Shown: positions 40,561-55,028 of the stretch, piece after piece
How positions within the stretch are numbered: the stretch's first letter is position 1
How the letters are laid out: each line of letters begins with the position of its first letter
Assembly: GCA_951406725.2 (NCBI GenBank)
Contig: OX597831.1
Span: forward strand, 50,902,001-50,966,000
Direction: 5' to 3'
Length of the DNA stretch: 64,000 bases
DNA from: Octopus vulgaris
Taxonomy: Eukaryota
The notes under the pieces: generated by a model
Told to the model about the DNA's origin: nothing
Databases searched by the model: none
Seen by the model: the letters and a program-made list of their open reading frames with translations, nothing else
Translations under genes and position numbers: made by a program

Positions 40561-40989
40561 TGAAAATAAAATAAGTTTTACTTATTACCAAGACAGTCAG
40601 AATGTTGATATTATTACTTTTCGTGTGTATAATGTTATGTTTTAAATATTAATCTAATATTCTTCCTTAAACTTGTCTTTCATTTATGTGTGTTGTACTC
40701 TAATTCATACACCTGTAATTATTTGCAAGTCTGTGTTTAATGTAATTCTCTTCTCTCTGCTACTTTATTTAGAATAATATTGCTTTTTCTTAATTTTCTT
40801 CTTTCCAGTTTTGTCTTGGTATATGTTTTTCATATCAATTATTTAAATAAATCTGTACATTGTCAGAAACTGTGTTTCTAGATATTTATCGACTGCGGCA
40901 TACAGCATTGATATTCATTGCTGTTGTTATTGTTGATGTTGCTATCGTCGTCGTCGTCGTCGTTGCTACAGTTGCTGTTGTTGTTGTTA

Positions 40990-41223
40990 ATGCGGCAATC
41001 TGGCAGAATCGTTACCACGCCGGGTAACGAAATGCTTAGTAGTATTTCACCCGTCGCTACGTTCTGAATTCATATTCCGCGCAGGTCGACTTTACCTTTC
41101 ATCTTTCTAGGGTCGATAAAATTAGTACCATTTGAACACTGGGGTCGATGAAATTGACTCATCTCCTCCCTCAAATTGGTGCCCTTGTCGCAAAATTTGA
41201 AACCATTATTGTTGCTGTTGTTG

Positions 41224-41300
<77 letters not shown>
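40990..41300 (+). mobile_element. SINE family A (old) with (TTG/TTA)n tail
   Basis: ctggcagaatcgtt head and gtcgataaaattagtacc core. Confidence 0.75.
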
Positions 41301-43408
41301 TTGTCTATGATGAAAGACTCTCGGATAGTTCTTAATTACCGGTTATTCTTTACATGAAAGCAGGCAATAACAAATCACCAAAGATTTCAAGTAGTGCCTT
41401 CTCTTGTGATTCAAAGAGACAATACTCTCCTTAGAATACAATCTGTACCCAGCAATGCTGTGTTCTGGTTCACCTCGAGCCTGATGACAGCTCCAATATT
41501 CTTAATATGTTTTTCAAAACCCTTGGAAACTGCTCCTTATTGTCCAATTACCACCGGTATCACCATTAATTTCCTCATGTCCCATAACTTTCCTATCTCG
41601 TCCCGCAGTGGCTGGTATTTCTCACACTTTTCTGTTTCCTTACATTTCACCCCCGAATCGCCTGGTATTGCAACATCTATTATCTTTGCTTCTTTTTCAT
41701 CATTATGGATGTGCACGATATCTGCTCGTCTCGCCTCAGTGACTTGGTCACACTGCATGTTAAAATCCCAAAGTATTTTGTAATGTTCGTTTTCCATTAC
41801 TCCCTGTGGCTTGTGTTCATACCATCGTTCGACTCACTCGAGGTTTGCTTTATCGCACAACAGCCAGTGGACATACCTGGCCACATTGTCGTGTCTCCGT
41901 TTGTACTCGCGCTGTGCGAGCTTACAGCACTCACTAACAATATGGCTTCTACTTTCTCTTTTCTCAGAGCACATCTTACACTGTGGCGAGTCAGTGCTTT
42001 TATCAATGTGATATTTGGAGTAGTTTGTTCTGAGAGCTTGTTCTTAAGCGCTGCACACTAATGCCTCAGTGGGCCCTTTTAAGTCTCCTTTCTGTAGCCA
42101 TTGCTAGGTTCTATTCCAATCAATTTCATCTTTATTCTTCAAGAACTGACTGTGCATTTTCTTGTCCACCCAAATTTTCTTCATCTGCTCTGTCTGGTTT
42201 TTCTTAAATTGTGTTGGATCTACGGCTTCGTTCACTTTTAAGGCTCCTTGAATTTTCACTGCTTCAATAATTTCTTCTTTACTCCCCTTGACATACCAAG
42301 CCAGGCTATTCTCCTCTTCCCTTACACAACCTTCACAACACACCAATCCCCATTTTCCTTCTTTCCTCTTCACATACAATCTTGACACTGCACTCTTGGG
42401 GTGTAGTTCCTTGTTCATTTTCATTAATTTACCTGTTCTCAGTCTATCTCTTGTAATTCATGCTTCTTCCAAGATACTATTCCTGTCCCATATCTCATCA
42501 AAACAACATCCCACGTGTTAAATTGCTCTAATCTTATAGTGGCCATGTAGCTTCGACTGGAGCACAAACCGAGTCCTCTTCAAATAGTCTTTCCTGCATA
42601 TTTCTTTCATCTTGTGTGTATTCATCTTATCTCTTTCATTGATACCCAGGTACTTAAATCCTTCCTCTCCGATTTCCTTTATAATTTCACCACTTTCCAG
42701 CTTGATCCCATGGCTTTTACTGGTTTTCTCCCTTTTGAGAATCATTACTCCACATTTCTCGATTCCAAATTCCATGCCGATATCTTTGCTAATCATCTGC
42801 ACAATCGCCGTCAAACTCTCAATTTCTTTCTCAGTCTTAGCGAATAGCTTTAGGTCATCCATAAATCACAGCTTGTTAACTTTCACTCTGCCTAGTATGT
42901 ACCCCACACGTATCTTTCTTAAACGCTTGTTAGTGGCAGTATGCAGACAACAAATCGGAGAGGCGACAGACTGTCCCCTTGAAAGATTCCTCTTTTGATA
43001 TTTACCTCTCCCAGCTTATCTCCCCATGCTGTGAGTTCAGTTCGCCACGTTGTCATTGAGCTTTGTATTTACTTCAGGATATTGTGGGAAACCTTCAGCA
43101 GTTTAAGGCATCCAATAATCCACGAGTGTGGGACCATGTCATATGCTTTCCTGTAGTCCACCCACGCCATCGCCAAATTTTTGCGTCTCTTCTTGCAATC
43201 ATCCAGGATAGTCTTATTGATTAGTAATTGATACTTCGTTCCTCTGCTCTAACGTCTACACCCTTTTTGTTCCACTGGTAGAAAGTCGTTCTCATCTAGG
43301 TACTCATAGATGCTGTTTGATATGATGCCCGTCATCAGTTTCCACATCAGTGGCAAATAAGATATTGGTGGTAAGTTTCCAACCACATTCCCTTTACTTG
43401 GGTCCTTG
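41301..43408 (-). mobile_element. 5'-truncated R4/Dong-like non-LTR retrotransposon (RT + CCHC + RLE)
   Basis: [80 protein letters not shown]; 3' end abuts (TAA)n. Confidence 0.92.
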
Positions 43409-43577
43409 TTGGTGGTAGTGGTGGTAGTGTTACCAAGCTTAACTTTTTTTCTTCATTCTTCTAGAGTCCATGAAATAAATACCTATAAACTACTGTCCTC
43501 TTCAAACTTTGTTGTATATGAACGGAAATTAAACAATTTTATCTTTGAAGCAATTATATATATAGATATATATATAA

Positions 43578-43624
<47 letters not shown>

Positions 43625-43634
43625 CATACATACA

Positions 43635-43668
<34 letters not shown>

Positions 43669-43686
43669 CATGCATACATATATATG

Positions 43687-43726
<40 letters not shown>

Positions 43727-43799
43727 GAATATGTATGCATATATATATGTGTGTGTACATATATGAATGTATATATTTATATATATGTGTGAGCATAAA

Positions 43800-43867
<68 letters not shown>

Positions 43868-43892
43868 TTTTTTTAATTTATTATATAGAAGG

Positions 43893-43943
43893 AGCTTCTA
43901 CAGGACTAGTACTGTTTCATTCAAGAGAAATCTTCAGGAAGCT
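43893..43943 (-). ncRNA. Type I hammerhead ribozyme
   Basis: Reverse complement of 47717-47767. Confidence 0.85.
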
Positions 43944-44273
43944 ATTTAACAAGAATTGTATTAGCATTTATACATTTAGGCAGGTTTAAAGGAGTGGTGG
44001 TGGGGGACTTTTTTGGGGGTAGGCATAGCGCAAAATATCATACTTGGGGGTGTGGTCAAGGAGTCAGTGGTAAGTTAGATGAAAGAATAGATAAATAAAA
44101 AAATAAAAAAATAAAAAAATAAAAAAATAAAATAATAAAAAAAAATATATATAAAAAATATATATATAAAAAATATATATATAAAAAAAAAGGGGGGATA
44201 GAGTTATAGGTAAATAAGGAGATTCTCACTTATACCTATACACATATGTATACGTATCTACACACATATATAA

Positions 44274-44324
<51 letters not shown>

Positions 44325-44667
44325 CACATATACATACATATCTACATACACACATACATACACCCGCCCACATATACAAATTTATACACATGCACATGCA
44401 TATACCTGTCTACACATACACATACGTATATATGCATACACTCACTCCCAACCCCCCCTACAACCCCCCCAACCCCACTGTTCCCCTAGCACCCCCGATT
44501 ACCTTTTCTCCTAAGACCTTTCACATATTGTATGTGCACGCTTGTATATGTGTATCGTATGTATGTATATATGTATAGAAATGCATGGGTACAGTAGGAA
44601 TATACGCATGTATTATGTGTGTGTGTGTGTATGTATGCATGTAAAAATATATATATGTATATATATT

Positions 44668-44706
<39 letters not shown>

Positions 44707-45378
44707 GCTTGTATGTGTGTGTGTGTGTATATATGTATATGTGTTTGTATGTATATGTGTATATATGCGTATATGAATATGTATGTGTAAATGTATGTGT
44801 TTATGTATGTGTATGTATGTATAAAATATTATATAATTATGGCTTAGTAAAATAAAATAAATTACTTTGCCACATACTAAACTTTCTAGAAATAGCAGCC
44901 AATAAAGTTTTTTAGCCTCTTCCACTACTTAGAGAATTTTTTTCCCTCTAACATTGTTTACTCAAAATAATAATGGTCCCTTTACATACTGAATACTTGG
45001 TGAAATTGATTAATAACTAATTAACTTTACCCTCCCTTGTTGATATATATATATGTATATGTGTACATGTATGTATATATGTGTGTGTGTGTATGTGTGT
45101 ATGTATGTTTTTGTATATGTGTGTGTGTATATGTATGTGTGCGCGTGTGTGTGTATGTATGTGTATGTATATTTGTATATGTATATGCATGTATATATAT
45201 GTGTGTGTATATGTGTATTATGTATGTATTTATATAGATATGTAATTTATATATATATGTATGTATATGCATCTGTCTGTGTGTGTGTATGTGTATATAT
45301 GTGTATCATTATTGCGTATGTATACATGTATATGTGTATATGTATGTGTGTGTGTGTGTATATATATATATAGGTATG

Positions 45379-45411
<33 letters not shown>

Positions 45412-45496
45412 ATGTACATGTATATATATATGTGTGTATATATATATATATGTTTATATGTGAGTATGTAGAGATATAAGTATATGCATGTGTATA

Positions 45497-45529
<33 letters not shown>

Positions 45530-45686
45530 GTATGGGTATGAGTATCAGTGTATATGTATATATGTATGTGTGTGTGTATGTATATGTATGTATATGTGTA
45601 TATATGTATGTGTATATGTGTATATATGTGTATATATATGTATGTATGTGTATGTGTATGTATATGTATATGTGTATGTATATGTA

Positions 45687-45736
<50 letters not shown>

Positions 45737-46452
45737 TGCGCGTGTGTGTATGTATGCATATATGTATGTATGCATGTATATGTGTATGTATATATGTGTG
45801 TAAATGTGTGCATATATGTATATGTAAGTATGTGTGCGTGTATGAGTATATATGTATGCTTGCACACGTGTATATATGTGTGTGTGTATATATATGGATG
45901 CGCGTGCGTGTGTGCACGTGTATGGGTACGCATGTATATGTGTATGAGCGTGTATGTGTATGTATGCATATATGTATGTATGCATGTATATGTGTATGTA
46001 TATATGTGTGTAAGTATGTGCATATATGTATATGTAAGTATGTGTGCGTGTATGAGTATGTATGTATGCTTGCACACGTGTATATATGTGTGTGTGTGTA
46101 TATATATGGATGCGCGTGCGTGTGTGCACGTGTATGGGTACGCATGTATATGTGTATGTGCGTGTATGTGTATACGTGTATGTATGTATGTGTGTGCGTG
46201 TATTTTTGTATATGTATGTGTGAGTGTGTATATATATATATATATATATAGATGGGTGTGTGTATGCGTATAAATGCATGTAAGTATGGATGTATGGATG
46301 TATGTATGTATGTATACGTATGTATGTGTTTGTGTGTATATGTATGTATGTGCGTGTATGTGTGTATATATATATATATGTGTGTATATATGTTTGTGTA
46401 TGTATATATATGTGTATGTATGTGTGTGTATATATATGTGCGTATGTGTATG

Positions 46453-46502
<50 letters not shown>

Positions 46503-46893
46503 TATGCATCTGTATGTAGGAGTATATGTGTGTGTGTGTATGTATATGTATATATATATATATATATGTATATTTATTGGTGTATATGTATAGACTAGCC
46601 TCCTTAAGTGTAGACACGAATCTGTAGGTACGAGTACGTATGTGTATATACGTGAACGTATGTAGATGTTTGTATGTATGAATATAACGCGTGCGTACGT
46701 GTATGTGTATGAGTGTACGAATGGGTGAATGTACGTGCTAATGAGTGTGCGTGCGGGAATGAGTACTTGCCTTCTAGTAGACAGACAAATGGACATGCTG
46801 CCATAGCCAGGATCCTTAGCTCTAGCGATCAAAGATAACAAAAGTAATAAATGAAGATAATAAAATTAAAATTAGGGAATGGGCCTGTATTGG

Positions 46894-46938
<45 letters not shown>

Positions 46939-47037
46939 GTGTATGTGTAGGTATGTATAGGTACACATGTGTATGTGTATGTGTATGTATATGTGTGTGT
47001 GTATGTATGTGCACACATGTATATATATGTATGCGTG

Positions 47038-47069
<32 letters not shown>

Positions 47070-47360
47070 TATGTGTATGTGGGTGTATGTATATATAGGT
47101 GTAAATATGTGTATATAGGGAACTAGGTGTGTTGTGTGTGCATGAGTGTATGTGTGTATGAATATATATTTTTCTGTGTATATATGTATGTGTGGTCGTG
47201 GGTATATATATACATGTGTGTATGCGTGCATGCATGGGAGTGAGTGTATGCATATATACGTGTGTGTATGTGTAGACAGGTATATGCATGTGCATGTGTA
47301 TAAATTTGTATATGTGGGCGGGTGTATGTATGTGTGTATGTAGATATGTATGTATATGTG

Positions 47361-47407
<47 letters not shown>

Positions 47408-47716
47408 TTATATATGTGTGTAGATACGTATACATATGTGTATAGGTATAAGTGAGAATCTCCTTATTTACCTATAACTCTATCCCCCCTTTTTTTTATA
47501 TATATATTTTTTATATATATATTTTTTATATATATATTTTTTTTTATTTTTTTATTTTTTTTTATTTATCTATTCTTTCATCTAACTTACCACTGACTCC
47601 TTGACCACTCCCCCAAGTATGATATTTTGCGCTATGCCTACCCCCAAAAAAGTCCCCCACCACCACTCCTTTAAACCTGCCTAAATGTATAAATGCTAAT
47701 ACAATTCTTGTTAAAT

Positions 47717-47767
47717 AGCTTCCTGAAGATTTCTCTTGAATGAAACAGTACTAGTCCTGTAGAAGCT
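47717..47767 (+). ncRNA. Type I hammerhead ribozyme
   Basis: AGCTTC CTGAAGA t TTC tctt GAA t GAAA CAG tactagtc CTG TA GAAGCT: complete core, three stems, GUA cleavage triplet. Confidence 0.85.
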
Positions 47768-47850
47768 CCTTCTATATAATAAATTAATTTTACTCTGCTA
47801 TGTATTGAGTACCTTACTTACTGTGGTTAACCCCGATTCAACCCGGGACC

Positions 47851-47918
<68 letters not shown>

Positions 47919-48134
47919 CTATATATATATCTGCGAGAGTTATGTTTAAATATACAAACACGTATACACCCACATAAACACACGCGCGCACACACATTCA
48001 CTTCGATATGAATTCGTTTTCGATAAGTATATCTATGTTTGCTTATACTTATGTCATCGAATATACATATATATTGCTGTCTCTGTGTGCAAAACAACGA
48101 TATGTATATATGTGAAATGTGTTTAAATATGAAT

Positions 48135-48480
<346 letters not shown>

Positions 48481-48638
48481 TCACACATATTTACACACAT
48501 TTCTACTATGACCTTTCATAACTTTGAAGCAAAACCAAGTGTTTGTCAACTATGGAAGCACGTCCTGAGGTTTCCTGTTGATTTGCAAGTTCAGCTAGTT
48601 CTTCAAACCAAATCATACTTTGTTTTTGCGGTTTTCGT

Positions 48639-48710
<72 letters not shown>

Positions 48711-49114
48711 AATGTATGTATGTATGTATGTATGTATGTATGTATGTATGTATGTGTGTATGTATGTATGTATATATGTATGTGTATGTGTGTATGTATG
48801 TATGTATGTATGTATGAAACTTACGCACAAATTCGTGGTTGCAAATCATTGGTAAATCTTAAATCAATTTTCAAATAGTTTCTCTGCTTATTTCCTGTTA
48901 TATATGTCTATGTTGAGGGGATAGGATGATGGTGTGTGTGTGGTGTATGTGCGGTGTGTGGCTGCGCGTGGCTCTATATGTGCGTGCATATTTGTGAGTA
49001 TATGGGATTGGGTTGTGCGATGTGCTGTACTCATGAAATACACTTTCACACACGCGGAATATACATACATAGCTGCGCACGCACACATACACAGGAATGT
49101 GTGTGCGTATAAAA

Positions 49115-49169
<55 letters not shown>

Positions 49170-49171
<2 letters not shown>

Positions 49172-49570
49172 CGCAGGAGTAGCTGTGTAGTAAGTAGCTT
49201 GCTTGCCAACCACATGGTTCCGGGTTCAGTCCCACTGCGTAGCACCTTAGGCAAGTGTCTTCTGCTATAGCCTCGGGCCGACCAAAGTCTTGTGATTGGA
49301 TTTGGTAGACGGAAACTGAAAGAAGCCTGTCGTATATGTGTATATATGTGCATATATATGTATATGTGTATCTGTGTGTATATGTTTGTGTGTCTGTGTT
49401 TGATAACCGACGGTGGTTTGTTTACGTCCCCGTAACTTAGCGGTTCGGCAAAAGAGACCGATAGAATAAGTACTAGGCTTACAAAGAATAAGTCTTGGGG
49501 TCGATTTGCTCGATTAAAGGCGGTGCTCCAGCATGGCCAAAGTCAAATGATTGAAACAAGCAAAAGAGTA
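49170..49570 (+). mobile_element. SINE family B
   Basis: Full bipartite sequence as in 57007-57440. Confidence 0.9.
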
Positions 49571-49578
49571 TCTATCTA

Positions 49579-49614
<36 letters not shown>

Positions 49615-50214
49615 CATATGTTATACATATTTATATATGCACATACATACACACATACAAACACACACACACATATATATATACGTATATATATACATAT
49701 ATTCTATGTGTGTGCATGTGTTTGAATACCTAATATACTTATTTCAAATTTTGACACAAGGCCAGCAATTTCGGGAGAGAGAATAAGTCGATTACATCGA
49801 CTCCCGTGTTCATGAATACTTCAGCAGTATTTGAATTCAGAATGCGAAAACGGACGAAATGCTGTTAAGCATTATTCCCGGCTCGTTTAACGATTCTCTC
49901 AGCTCGCAGCCTTAGGATATTTAGTATAATGACAAATGAAAAGTGAATATGAACAGAAAGAGATCTAGGAACATTATTTGATATCAACTTTTGCATAGCT
50001 AAGAAATCTTTACCTCTATTGATAAGATTTGGTTGGGAATCGCTCGTAAATATCAAGTGGTTTATCGCTACTTAAACGTTGGTGTCCTTTAAGAACACAC
50101 AATACTGCTATTTTAACCCCAGAATGATGCTTTCTCCAGCTGACTAATAAATGCGCTTCGCACTCGATATATATTTCAAGCGAGGAAAGAACACACTACT
50201 ATCGTAGCTTGGAG

Positions 50215-50264
50215 TCCATTACATCACGTGATTTCGATCCTATTAGATCATCTTCAGTGATGGA
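50215..50264 (-). ncRNA. Degenerate hammerhead-like motif
   Basis: tccatca CTGAAGA t gatc taatag gatc GAAA tcacgtga tg taatgga; the triplet reads AUG (non-canonical). Confidence 0.5.
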
Positions 50265-50679
50265 TACCCGTCTGTTAGGCATAGCTGTAATCTAACCCAA
50301 CTCGCAATATATAGAAAAACCAGTGTCACACAGTCACTGGTTTTGCAACTAACAAACCGGTTCGTTAAGAAAATATCTATTAGAGATGAAAGAAGTATTT
50401 ATACTTAGAAGTAATGTTTATCGCCGCTTAAATGTGAGTGTCCTTTAAGAACATACGATACTGTTATTTTAACTCCAGGAGAACGCCTCCACCTCCTGGC
50501 TGTTCAATGCACTTCGCACTTCACACCTAACTTCGTCTTAATGTTGCTAAATTATGACAACACTTAGGATAATTATGTACATGAAAATTGTAACAATAGT
50601 ATCCCTAACAATTATTCCGTTAACTCTGACTTTGGACTACTTGTAAATCAATTTTAATATACTTGTTACTTCCAGAATA

Positions 50680-50840
50680 TTCATTAGAAATCTAGCTTGA
50701 AGATATACCGCATCTCTGCCTAAGTATTTTTGACAGCTGAAGTACCACTACATCCATTAGAATTTGGAATGCAATATCATAGCTAAAATAAAGCCATATT
50801 TGGTAAATGGAAAAATTGTGCAGTCTTACTGCCAGGGTAC
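50680..50840 (+). pseudogene. Very decayed PLE GIY-YIG C-terminal fragment
   Basis: SLPKYF*QLK and IIAKIKPYLVNGK resemble LSKKVWQLK..WKIL..Y of the PLE at 9808-10060. Confidence 0.4.
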
Positions 50841-51734
50841 TGTAGAAATGTCATTTACCAAAGAACAATTATAAAATCGAAATTCCTGTAAATTCCTGTA
50901 AATACATGGTGAAAATTTTTCTTAATTTATAAACAGGCATTGCACCCGATTGTTACTTAAATAATTATCAAAACCTTTTCCCTCTTTTAAAATTAATCAA
51001 TAATCAACGAGTCATTCTGGGCATACACGCTCACACATACATACAAATACTTATATACATAGAAATACATACACACATACGCATATACACAGAGAAAAAA
51101 TAAGAAGTGTTGAAAGTGTGACGCAATTTTATACATATATATGTATTCATTTAATTAAATAAATCAATTTTTATTTTTTTGACAGAGGAAAATACTTTTA
51201 TTAAACATCTATATATGAAAGTAAAACTGCCAAAAAATGTTTTCACATAAACGTTTTCATATAAGAGTTTTGCTGTAAAAAAAATATTAGTGTACGTTTT
51301 CATAAGGTGAGATTTACACACAAAAGAAGGTGGGAAAAAAAAAACACATTACAGAAAAGTTTACTTATCCCAAAAATAAATTTTTTCAAATAAAAATGTT
51401 TTCGCATTAAGAAAGTTTTGCTGAACACATGTTAGTGCATGTTCTAGCGGAAAGAGGTTGTACAGTAGAAGAAAAATCATATTTTAATGACCTGGTTTGC
51501 TGCCGTTCACCTTACTCTTTTACTTGTTTCAGTCATTTGACTGTGGCCATGCTGGAGTACCGCCGTTAGTCGAGAAAATCGACCCCAGGACTTATTCTTT
51601 GTGAGCCTGGTACTTATTCTGGTACGAATCGTTAAGTTACGGGGACGTAACATACCAGCATCGGTTGTCAAGCGATGTTGAAGGGACAAATACAAACACA
51701 CAAACATACATATATATGTATGTATGTATGTATG

Positions 51735-52068
51735 TATTTCTTTATTTCTTTATTACCCACAAGGGGCTAAACACAGAGGGGACAAACAAGGACAGACAAA
51801 GGGATTAAGTCGATTACATCGACCCCAGTGCGTAACTGGTACTTAATTTATCGACCCCGAAAGGATGAAAGGCAAAGTCGACCTGGGCGGAATTTGAACT
51901 CAGAACGTAACGGCAGACGAAATACCTATTTCTTTACTACCCACAAGGGGCTAAACACAGAGAGGACAAACAAGGACAGACAAACATACAACAACCGGTC
52001 TGGGAATCGAAACCGTGATCCTCCAACCGCGAGTCCGCTGCCCTAAGCACTGTGCCATTGCGCCTCCA
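51735..52068 (-). mobile_element. SINE C head joined to SINE A tandem units
   Basis: ggaggcgcaatggcacagtgcttagggcagcggactcgcgg head runs into tgtttgtctgtccttg..aaagaaataggtatttcgtc unit and an aaagaaataaagaaat tail. Confidence 0.8.
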
Positions 52069-53180
52069 CGTACAATAATTACTGTTGTAAAGTTTATCTT
52101 GCGTTTATTTATATTTTATGTCTTGACTTGATTTGAGCCCTCAACTCCTTGTCGGCGCTCTATGTGTGCCGTCATGACATATAGCGTATCTTGGGTATTG
52201 TTTTTAGATCTGGTGAAGCTCGTGCCTTTCCAGGACAGAGCAAAGGCAATTTCTTCCAGAAACAGACAGAAAGAGTGAAAGAATGAGAAGATTCGATTCC
52301 AGTGCAGGAGAGGCACTTTATATGAATAAAGTAGCTCTCCTGCACTAGAATCGAGAAGAAGAAAAGCAAAGTTGATCTCGATGGTATTTCAATGCAAGGT
52401 TGCAAAGAGTCAGAATGATTACTACATAGCAATCAATTCGGCGCTCTAATGTCTCTTCCGATTGGCCGCCTAGTTATAACATGAGAAAGGCTGAATCTAA
52501 CATCTGAAAGACGATGGGAAATAATCCATTCATGTATATCTTATTCAGAAAATAAATATTTTTATGTTAGTCAAATAAAAAAAAAATAATCGTAATAATA
52601 TTGACATGTCTTCTTATAAATATATTAAGCGAAAATGCAAGTTAAATTATTGCTTAATTAAAAAAGTGAGAGATTTAAATATAATCTTGATATTCAAATA
52701 ATATCTATTCAAATATCTCTAAAGCATATTTATTTAACTGATGGAAAATGGAGGGACTAAAACAAATCAGAAAATGGTATTTAACGAAATATTTTGAATT
52801 AAATTATTATTATTGAATTAAATAATGAGGGAGTGGTGACGACCCCTGTTGTACTCTTTCGTCACAACTTTCTCTCACTCTTTCTTCTTGTTCCTTGAGT
52901 AACGCTGATGGACTGGCGTCCCGTCCAGCTGGGGTGAACTGGCTAGGCTTGAAAAGGGCACATAAATGAATAAAAAGTATTATTGTACAACTTATGAGGC
53001 CTATACATCAAATGGACTCTTCCAGCATCTCATGCCTGCATAGGTCTCTGTTGATGGAACTATAAATTTGTTTTTGGTTTTATCTATTTGCTTGATCTTT
53101 ACTGATCTTAGTATCATGAAGGTTAGTGCTCCTAACCAGAATCATAGGATTTGAAATGTTGGTACCATCGTGAGGAATAT

Positions 53181-53252
<72 letters not shown>

Positions 53253-53334
53253 GTGAGAGTGTGAGAGAGAGCAGAAAGAAGGATAGATTGATATGTGCGT
53301 GTGTGTGTATGTGTGTGTGTGTACATATTTATAA

Positions 53335-53386
<52 letters not shown>

Positions 53387-54514
53387 TATATCATAAGAAC
53401 TTAAAACCTCATAAGAAATTAAAATACTCTGTTTTGGAACGGTGAAACTCGAAGTAGATAACGCTATAAATAATAGCGTGTAAATACTGGGTTTAAAAAG
53501 CCTTGGATAGACAACACTGCATTGCTGAAATAAGTTCTAGACTTTAAGATTAGTACTAGTGTTAATATGATCTACTAAACCACTGTATGGCTGCAGTCAA
53601 ATGTGAGAAATATATAATTGAATAAAAGAATATTAATTTGAATTTTACTTTAATACTGCCAAACTACAATATTGAAATCAGTTTTTAGTTTCGCTTTTAT
53701 CCCACGGTGGTTCAGTTCATCTTACAAAATTTCTAGATTGATAAATTAACTATTGAGCATGCATTGTGTGTATGTGTGCATGCCTGTGTGTGTGTGTGTG
53801 TGTGTGCGTGTGGGGGGGGGGCATTGTGTGTGTGTGTAGCGGAATATTCCATTGATTACCTCCTTATAATACAAATGAGTGATTTTGTTCACGTGAAATA
53901 AACCGTACTTAATTACTTCTTTTCAGATTTGTTTTAATGCTCTTTCTATTGAACGTCTCTAATGACTCATAAACAAAGAGTCACATCCTGCTGACACAAT
54001 GAAAGAAATTCTACCTTATGAGGTCGTTCAACCTGCTAGAAGTAGCAACCAAACGTATTTTAAGCCAAAACCTTGCTCTCTTGTTAAGAGAATAGAGGTT
54101 AATTTAATCTGAGATACGCAATATCCGATCGCTCTGCGTACATGGTACATTTCTTTCAAAAGAAATAAAAACGAAAATCAACAGCATTTGGTTTTTGAAC
54201 TCAAAATATCGAGAGACGAAGCTAAATGCCCGATGGCAAAAGTTAACCGAGCAAAGTCCATGTGGTCGTTTGAACTGCTAAGAAAGAGTTTCCAAATCAC
54301 ATACCACCGTCTTTAAAAAGAAGGGCATATTGCATAATGTAGTCCTAGATGCATAATGGAGAGTTTGATAACAGTTTGAAGAGTTCAGTTGCTTCGAGAT
54401 GTGAAGAAGTTGACATTTCGAACTCTTTAACTTCGTCGGAAAATGTAAAAGATCGGGAATGAGTTTGCTTGCAGCCAAAGCAAAATTTTCTCGGTGTACC
54501 TTACTGTCGGACTA

Positions 54515-55028
54515 CGAGAGGATACTGAAAAGTTCTTGGCTATGGGTAGAAGAAAATACAGGAGGATCAGTTAATTATGATTTTTTTCAACATATTCCCC
54601 TAACCACATTCATACACCTTACTGAAGTGGTTCTTCAGTCTTCCTAAGCCCTGTAAAAGAACTCGGGATGTTGAGCCTCTAAACTAAAGTGTTGTAGAGA
54701 GGGCAACTGCTGGTCTTCCATAAACAATTTTGCCTGGACTTGTGCCTTGGAGAGCAACTTCCTAGGTGCAATCCTTTGGTCGTTCATGACCAAAGGGGGT
54801 CTTTACCATGTGAGGTGGGTGCTGAAAAGTTCCTGGTTTCAGGTAAAAGAAAACACAGGAGAATCAGTTAATTGTGATTTTATTCAGCATATTACCCTCT
54901 CAGATTCATACACTTATTGCAATGGTCCTTCAGTTTTTCTAAACTCTGTAAAAGAACTTGAAAGATTAGGCTTCCAGCGAGGCCTTTAATGATATCCTTA
55001 AAGCCAGGAAGTTTTCAGCACCCCGTCG
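54515..55028. mobile_element. Two mariner-type MITE copies (54515-~54682 partial; 54811-55028 complete)
   Basis: gctgaaaagttcctgg / ccaggaagttttcagcacccc TIRs; homologous to 2070-2287. Confidence 0.75.

Larger units (their letters stand above)
43874..47787. mobile_element. 3.9 kb fold-back element with ~570 bp inverted arms
   Basis: 43874-44450 is a near-identical reverse complement of 47235-47787; interior mostly (TA/TG)n-derived. Confidence 0.9.

Noticed and set aside
45309-46841. 510 aa ORF and overlapping long ORFs
   Set aside because: Translations of (TA/TG/CA)n low-complexity DNA that lacks stop codons; no domain content
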